This document shows positions 29,228-37,953 of a stretch of DNA of 64,000 bases, piece after piece. A model generated the notes under the pieces. That model did no database searches. It was not told where the DNA came from and saw only the letters and a program-made list of their open reading frames with translations. Origin of the DNA: an uncultured Solirubrobacterales bacterium (GTDB lineage Bacteria; Actinomycetota; Thermoleophilia; Solirubrobacterales; 70-9); assembly GCA_963736685.1 (NCBI GenBank), contig CAVTPZ010000017.1, positions 9,607 to 73,606 of the forward strand. Reading direction: 5' to 3'. Position 1 is the first letter of the stretch, and the number at the start of each line of letters is the position of its first letter. Position numbers and translations under genes: made by a program.

Positions 29228-29941
29228 ATGCCTCGCCCCCTGATCGGAGTCTGCGCCGCTGTCGAGAACGCCCACTTCGGGGCCTGGAAGGACGAGCCGG
29301 CCGTCCTCCTGCCCCTCTCCTACTCGAGAGCGATTCACGGCGCCGGCGGGATGGTGGCCATGCTCCCTCCGGACCGCCGGGCCACCGAGGATCCCTCGGA
29401 GCTGCTCGACCACCTGGACGCGCTGGTGCTCGGCGGCGGCTCGGACATCGATCCCGGAAGCCACGGCGCCGAGCCGCACGAGGAGACGGTCGGGACGAAC
29501 CCGGACCGGGACCGCTTCGAGATCGCCCTGGCCCAGGCCGCCCTGGAGCGGGGGATTCCCCTGCTCGGCATCTGCCGCGGGATGCAGGTCCTCAACGTCG
29601 CCTGCGGCGGGACCCTCGACCAGCATCTGCCCGACCGTCTGGGTCACGAGCGCCACCGTCCCATCCCGGGATCCTGGACGGAGCACGACGTCCGGATCGA
29701 GCCCGGGTCGCTCGCCGCCCGAGCCGCCGGTTCCGAGCAGCTCACCGTAAAGAGCCATCACCACCAGGGTGTTGACGCCGTTCCCGACTCGCTCTCCGCG
29801 ACCGCCTGGGCGACGGACGACGAGAGCGTCGAGGCGATCGAATCAGACGACGGGGGCTTCGTCCTCGGCGTGCTCTGGCATCCGGAAGAGGACCCGTCGG
29901 ACTCGGTGATTCCGGCGCTGATCGCGCGCGCGGCCGGCTAG
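29228..29941 (+). CDS. Gamma-glutamyl-GABA hydrolase-like class I amidotransferase (peptidase C26, PuuD-like)
   Basis: Motifs GICRGMQVLNVACGG and LGVLWHPE. Confidence 0.85.
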   Translation: MPRPLIGVCAAVENAHFGAWKDEPAVLLPLSYSRAIHGAGGMVAMLPPDRRATEDPSELLDHLDALVLGGGSDIDPGSHGAEPHEETVGTNPDRDRFEIALAQAALERGIPLLGICRGMQVLNVACGGTLDQHLPDRLGHERHRPIPGSWTEHDVRIEPGSLAARAAGSEQLTVKSHHHQGVDAVPDSLSATAWATDDESVEAIESDDGGFVLGVLWHPEEDPSDSVIPALIARAAG

Positions 29942-30466
29942 CTTCGACCGCTTCACGGTCGGGCGCAGGATCAGGATCTCCCCGGGGGCATTCTCGAGCA
30001 TCCAGGCGACGTCGTCGGCTGTGAAGCCGTCCCCGTTGGTGGCGCCCGCCGCCACGATCTGATCGAAGCGCTCGTGTTCCATCAGCATGCGCAGCGCGTG
30101 CCGGACGGTCCTCCCGGGCTCGATCCGAGAGTCGACCGGAACGCCCTGGCTCGCGGCGCGCTGCTCGATCGCCTCGAGCAGCGGCAGGGCCGCTTCGGCC
30201 TGCTTCTTCAGCGGGGTGTCGAGCTGGACACTGAGGGGGACGATGGCCAGGTAGGCCGGGACCAGTGTCGCCCCCTCCGCACGGGCCAACCGCAGGGCCG
30301 CGTCGAAGGCTGGCGTCGAGAGCGCCTGCCCTACGAAGGGGAAGAGGATGCGCTTGGGAGCTGGGGTGATCGCAGCGTCGGTCCGGCGGCGCTTGAGCTC
30401 ACGCACCAGCAGGTAGCCGGTGGAGACGACGAGGGCGGCAATCACCACGATCTCGATCGGGCTCAC
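29843..30466 (-). CDS. Membrane-anchored universal stress protein (Usp) domain protein
   Basis: The GTG at 30466 overlaps the stop of the upstream gene (GTGA). It has an N-terminal TM and a Usp-like fold. The last ~33 codons overlap the convergent gene, so they may not be genuine. Confidence 0.65.
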   Translation of the reverse strand: MSPIEIVVIAALVVSTGYLLVRELKRRRTDAAITPAPKRILFPFVGQALSTPAFDAALRLARAEGATLVPAYLAIVPLSVQLDTPLKKQAEAALPLLEAIEQRAASQGVPVDSRIEPGRTVRHALRMLMEHERFDQIVAAGATNGDGFTADDVAWMLENAPGEILILRPTVKRSKLAGRARDQRRNHRVRRVLFRMPEHAEDEAPVV

Positions 30467-31629
30467 GCCTCCCCCTCCTCAGCGCGCAGGGTGCGATCCG
30501 CCACGACCCGGAGGTCGACTCCCGGCAGGAACTCGAGCAGCCGGGTGGGAAGCCCGGGGCGGAAGCGTTCGAATCCGGTTCTCGGGCTCGGGGTGCCGAT
30601 CAGAACGTAGGTCGTGCCCTTCTCCTCGGCGACCTCCTTGACCGTCTGTGCGATGTCGTCGCCCTCCTCGATGATCAGGTGAGCGCCGAGAACGGCTGCA
30701 AGGCGACCGATCGCATCGAGCTGGTTCTGCTCCTCGGCGCTCGGCTTGTGGCCGGGCCGTTTGACCCAGAGGAGATCCAGATCGGCGCCGAGCCGCTGGG
30801 CGGAGCGCCAGGCCCGCCTCACCAGTCGCTGGGCTCTCGGGGTCGGCTTGATCAGTGCGAGCAGCCGCTCGCCGACGGCCTGCGCCGAGGCGCTGTCCGC
30901 GAGACGGTCCTCGCGCCGGCCGACGGGCTCCTTGACCATCCGCTTCGCCTCGACATCCTCAGCGACCTCGCGCAGCGCCACCTCGCGAAGGGCGGCGAGA
31001 TTCTCGATGCGAAAGAAGTTGTTGAGCGCCGAGTCGATCCGCTCGGAGGGATAGATCTTGCCGGCGCGCAGCCGGGCCAGCAGCGCCTCCGGCGTCAGGT
31101 CCATCAGCACGACCTCGTCGGCTGACGCGAGGACCGCGTCGGGAAGCGTCTCCCGTACACGGACACCAGTCAGCTCGCAGACGCTGTCGTTGAGGCTCTC
31201 GAGGTGCTGCACGTTGACCGTCGAGTAAACGTCGATCCCGGAGGCGAGCACGTCAGCGACGTCCTCGTAGCGCTTCTCGTGCTCGAGGCCGGGCGCGTTG
31301 GTGTGCGCCAATTCGTCGATCAGCGCCAGGTCGGGCGCGCGCTCGATGACGGCGGGAAGGTCCATCTCCTCGAGATCCGTGTCGCGGTAAGTGACATGCC
31401 GGCGCGGAACGAATTCGAGACCGTCCGCCTGGTCGACCGTCTCCTGGCGTCCGTGTGGCTCCAGATAGCCGATGACCACGTCCCGCCCGGAGTCCGCCTC
31501 GGCGCGCCCCTCCTGCAGCATTCGATAGGTCTTTCCGACACCGGCGGCCATACCCAGGAAGACCTTGAGGCTGCCACGGTCCACCTCGGCGCTGCCGCGC
31601 TCGCGACTCTCTTCGGTGGGCTCGGCCAT
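30463..31629 (-). CDS. kdpD: Stand-alone KdpD N-terminal sensor domain plus Usp domain (no TM or kinase part)
   Basis: Has the KdpD N-domain Walker-A-like motif GMAAGVGKTYRML, plus LIDELAHTN and NVQHLESLND. The C-terminal half is Usp-like. ATG 31629 is 3 nt after the upstream stop (the alternative start is TTG 31638). Confidence 0.85.
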   Translation of the reverse strand: MAEPTEESRERGSAEVDRGSLKVFLGMAAGVGKTYRMLQEGRAEADSGRDVVIGYLEPHGRQETVDQADGLEFVPRRHVTYRDTDLEEMDLPAVIERAPDLALIDELAHTNAPGLEHEKRYEDVADVLASGIDVYSTVNVQHLESLNDSVCELTGVRVRETLPDAVLASADEVVLMDLTPEALLARLRAGKIYPSERIDSALNNFFRIENLAALREVALREVAEDVEAKRMVKEPVGRREDRLADSASAQAVGERLLALIKPTPRAQRLVRRAWRSAQRLGADLDLLWVKRPGHKPSAEEQNQLDAIGRLAAVLGAHLIIEEGDDIAQTVKEVAEEKGTTYVLIGTPSPRTGFERFRPGLPTRLLEFLPGVDLRVVADRTLRAEEGEA

Positions 31630-31631
31630 CG

Positions 31632-32129
31632 TCACCAAGTTTCCTCCCGTCCCTCCATGGCGTCGAGGATGTCCTCCGCCTCGTGGGCGAGGTGACTGCC
31701 GATCTTCGGGTCAAACAGGACGCTGTTGGGGTGTGTGAGCAGCAGGTGCACCCGTGCCACGCCCCGGGGGCTGACGGCCCTGTCCGACTCGAGCATCGAG
31801 GCGACCCATGTGAGCGGGACCCGCGCCGCCACCAAGCCGTTCCGGTTCGGCGTCACGGCGGCGCTCGGGCCGCGGCTGACCTCGTCCCGGTTGAGCAGGT
31901 GCCTGATGGCACCGGCCAGGCGGCGCCGTGACTCGGGACTCGTCAGCCAGGCGGAGCGCTGCGCGAGTGAGGGGGACAACGCGGGGTCGGCGCCATCGCT
32001 GAGGGCCTGGTCGAAGGTGGCGCCGTTCAGGTGGGCCCAGAGACGGACGCGGATCCCGGCCCTGCGAGGGCTCGGGATCCGTGGCCGGCTGTCGGCGACG
32101 AAGCCTGTTCCGGTGAGCTGCTCGGCCAT
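31632..32129 (-). CDS. Uncharacterised small protein, paralog family member 2 (inside the kdp operon)
   Basis: The ATG at 32129 is 1 nt after the kdpB stop, and its stop is 3 nt before the kdpD-N ATG. It shares conserved blocks with 14453..14881 and 36757..37200. Confidence 0.65.
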   Translation of the reverse strand: MAEQLTGTGFVADSRPRIPSPRRAGIRVRLWAHLNGATFDQALSDGADPALSPSLAQRSAWLTSPESRRRLAGAIRHLLNRDEVSRGPSAAVTPNRNGLVAARVPLTWVASMLESDRAVSPRGVARVHLLLTHPNSVLFDPKIGSHLAHEAEDILDAMEGREETW

Positions 32130-32130
32130 C

Positions 32131-34200
32131 TCACGCCCCGAACAGACCGTGGACGATCAGGTCGATCAGCTTGATCCCGATGAAGGGCGCGATGATGCCG
32201 CCGAGGCCGTAGATGAAGAGGTTGCGCCGCAGGAGGGCGGACGCGCCCGAAGGCCGATAGCGGACGCCGCGCAGTGCCAGCGGGATCAGCAGCGGGATCA
32301 CCAGCGCGTTGAAGATGATCGCCGAGATGATCGCCGACTCGGGCGTACCCAGATCCATGATGTTGAGCTTGTTGAGGGGCCCGTCTCCACCCGCTGACGT
32401 CGCATAGGTGGCGGCGAAGATCGCCGGCAGGATGGCGAAGTACTTCGCCACGTCGTTCGCGATCGAGAACGTGGTGAGGGCGCCGCGGGTGATCAGCAGC
32501 TGCTTTCCGACCTCGACGATCTCGATGAGCTTCGTCGGGTTCGAATCGAGGTCGACCATGTTCCCCGCCTCGCGTGCCGCCTGAGTTCCCGTGTTCATGG
32601 TCACGCCGACGTCGGCCTGCGCCAGCGCCGGGGCGTCGTTCGTCCCGTCGCCGGTCATCGCGATCATCCGTCCCCCCGCCTGCTGCTCCTTGATCAGGTC
32701 GAGCTTCTTCTCCGGAGTGGCCTCAGCCAGGAAGTCGTCGACGCCGGACTCGTCGGCGATCTTGGCGGCCGTCAGCTTGTTGTCGCCGGTGATCATCACC
32801 GTGCGAATGCCCATCGCCCTCAGCTGATCGAAGCGATGGCGCATGCCGTCCTTGACGACGTCCTTCAGGTAGATGACACCGAGGACCTGGCTGTCCTGCG
32901 CCACCGCGAGCGGCGTACCGCCCTCTCGACCGATCCGGTCGAGCTGCTCCTGCAGCGCCGGCGGAGCCGTGCCGCCCTCCGCCTTGACGAAGTCGATGAT
33001 CGCGTCGCCCGCGCCCTTGCGCAGGCGCTGCCCGTTGACGTCCACGCCGCTCATCCGGGTCTCGGCGCTGAACGGGACGAAGTTCGCCTTGTGTGAGGAC
33101 ATCTCGTGCTCGCGGATTCCGTACTTCTTCGCGAGCACGACGATCGAGCGGCCCTCGGGGGTCTCGTCGGCCAGCGACGACATCTGCGCCGCCTCCGCCA
33201 GGTCTGCCTCGGCCACCCCCGGCATCGGGACGAACTCGGTGGCCTCGCGGTTGCCGAGCGTGATCGTGCCCGTCTTGTCGAGGAGAAGGACGTCGACATC
33301 GCCCGAGGCCTCCACTGCACGCCCGGAAAGGGCCAGCACGTTCCGCCGGACGAGGCGATCCATGCCCGCAATCCCGATCGCGGAGAGCAGGGCACCGATC
33401 GTGGTCGGAATCAGGGCGACGAGCAGGGCGATCAGGGTCGCAACGGAGGCAGCCGTGCTCGAGAACTCCGCCATCGGCCGCAGCACGACGACGACCGCCA
33501 GGAAGACGATGGTCAGACCCGAGAGCAGGATGTTGAGGGCGATCTCGTTCGGCGTCTTGCGCCGTTCGGCGCCCTCGACTAGCGCGATCATGCGGTCGAG
33601 GAAGCTCTTGCCGGGCTCCTGGGTGATCTCGACCACGATCCGGTCCGAGAGCACCTTTGTGCCGCCGGTGACCGCACTGCGGTCGCCGCCCGCCTCGCGG
33701 ATCACGGGAGCCGACTCGCCGGTGATCGCGGACTCGTCGACCGAGGCGATGCCCTCGATCACGGTGCCGTCGCCCGGGATCACCTCCCCGGCCTGGATCA
33801 CCACCAGGTCGCCCTTCTGCAGCTCCGAGGCGGTCACCTCGCGGCCGTCCTTCAGGTGGGCAACGGTCTCGGTGCGCGCGGCGCGGAGGGCGTCGGCCTG
33901 GGCCTTGCCGCGGCCCTCGGCGAGCGCCTCGGCAAGGTTCGCGAAGACCACGGTCAGCCAGAGCCAGAACGCCACCGTGAAGGTGAACCAGGCCGGCTCG
34001 TCGCCGCCGCCCAGCGGGCCATTGCCGAACGCCTGGTTGATCCAGCCGATCGTGGTGATGACGGCGCCGACCTCGACCACGAACATCACCGGGTTGTGGA
34101 TCTGGTGGCGCGGGCTGAGCTTCTTGACGCTCGACCAGATCGCCGGGAGCACCAGCTCACGGTCGAACATGGATACACGTCGGCGGTTGTTCTCGGTCAC
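32131..34200 (-). CDS. kdpB: K+-transporting P-type ATPase subunit B
   Basis: Motifs DKTGTIT, TGDN and [10 protein letters not shown]. The GTG overlaps the kdpC stop (GTGA). Confidence 0.97.
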   Translation of the reverse strand: MTENNRRRVSMFDRELVLPAIWSSVKKLSPRHQIHNPVMFVVEVGAVITTIGWINQAFGNGPLGGGDEPAWFTFTVAFWLWLTVVFANLAEALAEGRGKAQADALRAARTETVAHLKDGREVTASELQKGDLVVIQAGEVIPGDGTVIEGIASVDESAITGESAPVIREAGGDRSAVTGGTKVLSDRIVVEITQEPGKSFLDRMIALVEGAERRKTPNEIALNILLSGLTIVFLAVVVVLRPMAEFSSTAASVATLIALLVALIPTTIGALLSAIGIAGMDRLVRRNVLALSGRAVEASGDVDVLLLDKTGTITLGNREATEFVPMPGVAEADLAEAAQMSSLADETPEGRSIVVLAKKYGIREHEMSSHKANFVPFSAETRMSGVDVNGQRLRKGAGDAIIDFVKAEGGTAPPALQEQLDRIGREGGTPLAVAQDSQVLGVIYLKDVVKDGMRHRFDQLRAMGIRTVMITGDNKLTAAKIADESGVDDFLAEATPEKKLDLIKEQQAGGRMIAMTGDGTNDAPALAQADVGVTMNTGTQAAREAGNMVDLDSNPTKLIEIVEVGKQLLITRGALTTFSIANDVAKYFAILPAIFAATYATSAGGDGPLNKLNIMDLGTPESAIISAIIFNALVIPLLIPLALRGVRYRPSGASALLRRNLFIYGLGGIIAPFIGIKLIDLIVHGLFGA

Positions 34201-34844
34201 TGCGGGGACTCCTTATCGAGGGCGATGTTGAGCTCGAGCACGTTCACCCCGGGCTCGCCGAGGACGCCGAGAGCGCGTCCGTCGGTGTTGTCGTCGATCA
34301 GCTGGTTCACCCGGTCAAGCGGGATGCCGCGCACCTTCGAGATCCGGCGAGCCTGGATCCGGGCGTTGGCCTGGGAGATGTCGGGGTCGACGCCTGACGC
34401 CGAGGAGGTGATCGCGTCGACGGGGATGTCTCGCCGGGTCAGTCCCGAGTCGTAGGGCCGCTCCAGCGCGAGGTACTTGCGGATGTAGCCCTTGAACTCC
34501 TGCATCAGCTCCCGGTTGTTCGGCCCTAGGTTGTTGAAGAAGGCTGTATCGGCGCTGTAGGTCGTGACCGACGGGCGCGGCTGGAAGTACTTCGGGTCGG
34601 GCGTCTTGATCTGCTTCTTGCCGAACTTGCCGCGCTGGGCGGCCGGAATCGGATGCCGGATCGTGAAGCTCTGGCCGATCAGCTTGGACCCGACGGTCCT
34701 GCCGTCGACCTTCACCTGGCTGCCATCCGACCCGTTCGGGAAGAGCACCTGCGAGACACCCGTCGCGATCAGCGGGTAGGCCACGCCGAAGAGCAGCGTG
34801 AAGGCCACCACGGCGATGATCGAGGCTGTCAGGTCGCGTCTCAT
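34197..34844 (-). CDS. kdpC: K+-transporting ATPase subunit C
   Basis: N-terminal TM, then [16 protein letters not shown] and [11 protein letters not shown]. The ATG at 34844 is 1 nt after the kdpA stop. Confidence 0.93.
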   Translation of the reverse strand: MRRDLTASIIAVVAFTLLFGVAYPLIATGVSQVLFPNGSDGSQVKVDGRTVGSKLIGQSFTIRHPIPAAQRGKFGKKQIKTPDPKYFQPRPSVTTYSADTAFFNNLGPNNRELMQEFKGYIRKYLALERPYDSGLTRRDIPVDAITSSASGVDPDISQANARIQARRISKVRGIPLDRVNQLIDDNTDGRALGVLGEPGVNVLELNIALDKESPQ

Positions 34845-34845
34845 C

Positions 34846-36603
34846 TCAGAAGAGCTGGTTGGTGAGGCCCTGGACGACCGGTCCAAGCAGGAGGGCGGGG
34901 AAGAAAGTCAGAGCCGCGACGATCACGATCACCGCGAGCAGCAGGATCACGAAGGTGGGGTTGTCGGTTCGGAAGGTGCCGGGTCCGGCGGGCACCACGC
35001 GCTTCATCGAGAGCGAACCGGCGACGGCCAAAGCCGAGAGCAGGGGAACGAAGCGGGCCATCAGCATCGAAAGCCCGCCGAGGATGTCTGCGAAGGTGAT
35101 CCCATAGGCACCGACGTTGCCCGGGGCGTTCGGCTGTACGAAGCCGGTGTAGCCGGCGAACGCGGAGCCGTTGTTGTTCGCCTGGGAGGTGTAGGCGTAG
35201 AGCGTCTCCGAGAATCCCTGCGGACCCGGATTGAAGATCGAAGGCGCCCCGTACTTGCTCGAGATCGCGATCCCGGTTGCAATCAGGGCCACCATCGGCG
35301 TGAACAGCAGCCCGATCAGCACCAGCTTCATCTCCCGGGACTCCACCTTCTTGCCCAGGTACTCGGGGGTTCTTCCCACCATCAGGCCGGCTATGAAGAC
35401 CGCCAGGAGAACCGTCAAGAGCATCCCGTACAGCCCCGAGCCGACCCCGCCGAAGATCACCTCCCCGGTCATCATGTTGGTGAGCGGCACGAGGCCGCCG
35501 ATGCCGGTGAGGGAGTCGTGGGCGCCGTTGACGGAGCCGTTGGAGGCGTCCGTCGTGAAGTTCGCCCACTCGGCGGTTGCCGTGATCCCGTTGCGCTGCT
35601 CCTTGCCCTCGAGGTTGCCGCCGGTCGTGCCATCCGCTGCGGCGGTGTTCTCGCCTGCGACGTGCTGCGCGGGGGATCCGTTCTGCTCGGCGGCGTAGGC
35701 GACGCCGAACAGGCTGATGGCGAAGACGACCATCGTCGCGTACAGGGCCCAGCCCTGGCGGCGGTTGCCCACCATGCGGCCGAACTGAGCCGTGGCGGCG
35801 GCGGGAATCAGGAGGATGAAGATCATCTCGACGAAACCCGAGAACTGCGTCGGGTTCTCGAACGGGAAGGAGCTGTTGAGGTTGAAGAACCCGCCTCCGT
35901 TGGTTCCCAGCTGCTTGATCGCGATCTGCGAGGCGGCGGGTCCCATCGGCAGGGTCTGGTCGAGGCCGCCGAGCCCGTGGATCGTCACGTAGCCGCCGAG
36001 CGACTGGACCACGCCCTGGGAGACGAGGATCAGGGTTCCGATCACCGACAGGGGAAGCAGGATGTAGAGCAGCGTGCGGGTGACGTCTCGCCAGAAGTTG
36101 CCGAGCTCCCTGACGCCGCGGCTGGCGAAGCCACGGATGACAGCGGCGAGGACGGCCATGCCGACCGCCGCCGAGACGAAGTTCTGGACGGCCAGGCCGG
36201 CCATCTGCGAGAAGTACGTCATCGTCGTCTCGCCGCCGTAGTACTGCCAGTTGGTGTTGGTGATGAACGACGAGGTCGTGTTGAAGGTCACGTCCCAGGG
36301 GGCGGAACGGAATCCCTCGGGGTTCCACGGGTGGATGTTCTGCGTGCGGAGGATCAGATAGAGGACGAGAAAGAAGACGAAGGAGAAGATCACCGTCGTC
36401 TTGCCGTATGCCTTCCAGTCCTGCTCCGTGCGAGCCGAGGGTCCCAGCACGCGGTAGATCAGCCGCTCGAGCCAGCCGAGCGGCCGCTCGAGGAAGAGGC
36501 GCTCGCCCTGGTAGACCCGCGCCATGTATCCGCCCAGGAGCGGCACCAGCGCGGTGAGAACCGCGACGTAGATCGCCAGCTGCAGCCAGCCGTTGACGGT
36601 CAC
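34846..36603 (-). CDS. kdpA: K+-transporting ATPase subunit A
   Basis: 585-aa polytopic protein with KdpA selectivity-filter-like repeats (TNTNWQYYGGE, QLGTNGGGFFN). The GTG overlaps the kdpF stop. Confidence 0.96.
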   Translation of the reverse strand: MTVNGWLQLAIYVAVLTALVPLLGGYMARVYQGERLFLERPLGWLERLIYRVLGPSARTEQDWKAYGKTTVIFSFVFFLVLYLILRTQNIHPWNPEGFRSAPWDVTFNTTSSFITNTNWQYYGGETTMTYFSQMAGLAVQNFVSAAVGMAVLAAVIRGFASRGVRELGNFWRDVTRTLLYILLPLSVIGTLILVSQGVVQSLGGYVTIHGLGGLDQTLPMGPAASQIAIKQLGTNGGGFFNLNSSFPFENPTQFSGFVEMIFILLIPAAATAQFGRMVGNRRQGWALYATMVVFAISLFGVAYAAEQNGSPAQHVAGENTAAADGTTGGNLEGKEQRNGITATAEWANFTTDASNGSVNGAHDSLTGIGGLVPLTNMMTGEVIFGGVGSGLYGMLLTVLLAVFIAGLMVGRTPEYLGKKVESREMKLVLIGLLFTPMVALIATGIAISSKYGAPSIFNPGPQGFSETLYAYTSQANNNGSAFAGYTGFVQPNAPGNVGAYGITFADILGGLSMLMARFVPLLSALAVAGSLSMKRVVPAGPGTFRTDNPTFVILLLAVIVIVAALTFFPALLLGPVVQGLTNQLF

Positions 36604-36668
36604 AGGTTCTCGCCCCGGAGCAGCGAGTAGAGGAGGTAGAAGAACAGGAGGATCGAGACGACCAGCAT
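36600..36668 (-). CDS. kdpF: KdpF small subunit (22 aa)
   Basis: Hand-translated as MLVVSILLFFYLLYSLLRGENL. Its stop TGA overlaps the kdpA GTG. Confidence 0.75.
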   Translation of the reverse strand: MLVVSILLFFYLLYSLLRGENL

Positions 36669-36685
36669 TGAGCCCTCCGCGAAGC

Positions 36686-36766
36686 TCATATGCGGTCCAG
36701 CCCGTCGATCAGGAAATAGAGCGCGGCGAAGACCACGACCGCGATTGCGATGGAGATCAGATCCAT
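36686..36766 (-). CDS. Second KdpF-like hydrophobic peptide (26 aa)
   Basis: Hand-translated as MDLISIAIAVVVFAALYFLIDGLDRI. It lies 17 nt upstream of kdpF, and its ATG overlaps the end of the upstream ORF. Confidence 0.4.
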   Translation of the reverse strand: MDLISIAIAVVVFAALYFLIDGLDRI

Positions 36767-37200
36767 GGGTCGGAGGATCGCCGCGCCGCCGTCAAGCCGG
36801 CATGGGGCTTTGCCGGTTGCACATCAAGATTTCGTGAAGCCACCCCGGTGGGCAGCGAGTCCGTGGCGCGCAGGGCCTCGCCGGCGACCTCGGCGAGCCT
36901 GGCTGCGCCTCCCACTCCCCACAGCGGGCCGTCACATTCCGTGATCATCAGCAGCGCCTTCGCCACACCCCCGGGGGCGATCGGCCCGGGCGCCATCAGC
37001 CGCTCAACCAGCCGGTCGAGCTCGACTCCCGAGCCGGGCGGGGAGAGCTCCTCGAGCGACAACGCGAGGCGGCGCCGGTCCTCCAGGTCAACGAGTTCGG
37101 CGGCCCGCACGGCGAGCAGGGGGTCAAGGCTCGGGTCGGCTCCCGCCGCCAGCCGGCGGTCGAGCGTTCGCCTATGGAGCCATGCCCGTACGCGATTCAC
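36757..37200 (-). CDS. Uncharacterised small protein, paralog family member 3 (between kdpE and kdpF)
   Basis: ORF 36757..37200. It shares the LDxxLxxGxDP...LAxRxxxL...RRRLA block and the PxGV...D.P.W block with the other two paralogs. The C-terminal ~35 aa may be read-through. Confidence 0.6.
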   Translation of the reverse strand: MNRVRAWLHRRTLDRRLAAGADPSLDPLLAVRAAELVDLEDRRRLALSLEELSPPGSGVELDRLVERLMAPGPIAPGGVAKALLMITECDGPLWGVGGAARLAEVAGEALRATDSLPTGVASRNLDVQPAKPHAGLTAARRSSDPWI

Positions 37201-37278
37201 ATGGCCATGCTGGGGGCCATCGCATGATCAGAACGCAAAGATCCGAGGGACCTGGATCAAGATCGTGTGAAGGGGTGG

Positions 37279-37953
37279 TCAGGCCCCGAACCGATACCCG
37301 ACGCCGGGATCGGTGCGTATGTAGCGAGGGCCGTCAGACGGTTCGATCTTGCGCCGCAGGTTCGCGATATGCGTACGGAGCGTCTGGGTGTCCTCCTCCC
37401 AGCCCGGGCCCCAGACCTCGGTGAGCAGCGCCCTGTGGGTCATCAGCCGGCCGCGGTTGCGCGCCAGCGTGCCGAGCAGCCGGAACTCGATCGGCGTCAG
37501 ATGCACCTCCTCCCCGTCGCGTTTCACGGTGTGACCGGCCAGGTCGATCTCCAGGCCGTCCGCGCTGAGCGCGGGCTCCTCGGCGGCCTCGCCCGCACGG
37601 CGAAGGGCCGCGTTCAGCCTGGCGACCAGCTCCCTGGGGCCGAACGGCTTGGTCACGTAGTCGTCGGCGCCAGCCTCGAGCGCGCGGACTTTCTGCTCCT
37701 CCTCTCCGACGGCGGAGAGGACGAGAATCGGCATCTCGCTCCAGGAGCGGATGCTGCGTGTGACCTCGACGCCGTCGCCGTCGGGCAGGATCAGGTCGAT
37801 GATCGCGGCGTCGGGAGGCTTCACGGACGCGGCATCGAGCGCCTCTGTCGCATCGGCGGTCTCGACCACCTCGAAGCCGGCGTCCTTGAGGACGACCCGG
37901 AGCGCCCGCCGGATCTGCATCTCGTCATCGCAGACCAGAATGCGCTGCGTCAT
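37279..37953 (-). CDS. kdpE: KdpE-type OmpR-family response regulator
   Basis: Receiver plus winged helix. It overlaps the upstream kinase gene by 4 nt and lies in the kdp context. Confidence 0.9.
   Translation of the reverse strand: MTQRILVCDDEMQIRRALRVVLKDAGFEVVETADATEALDAASVKPPDAAIIDLILPDGDGVEVTRSIRSWSEMPILVLSAVGEEEQKVRALEAGADDYVTKPFGPRELVARLNAALRRAGEAAEEPALSADGLEIDLAGHTVKRDGEEVHLTPIEFRLLGTLARNRGRLMTHRALLTEVWGPGWEEDTQTLRTHIANLRRKIEPSDGPRYIRTDPGVGYRFGA

Noticed and set aside
29843-29941. The 99-nt convergent overlap of the TM-Usp ORF with the PuuD-like gene as a functional antisense arrangement.
   Set aside because: It is more likely that the Usp ORF simply runs on until the next chance stop in high-GC sequence. 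The tail (RARDQRRNHRVRRVLFRMPEH...) looks non-native.
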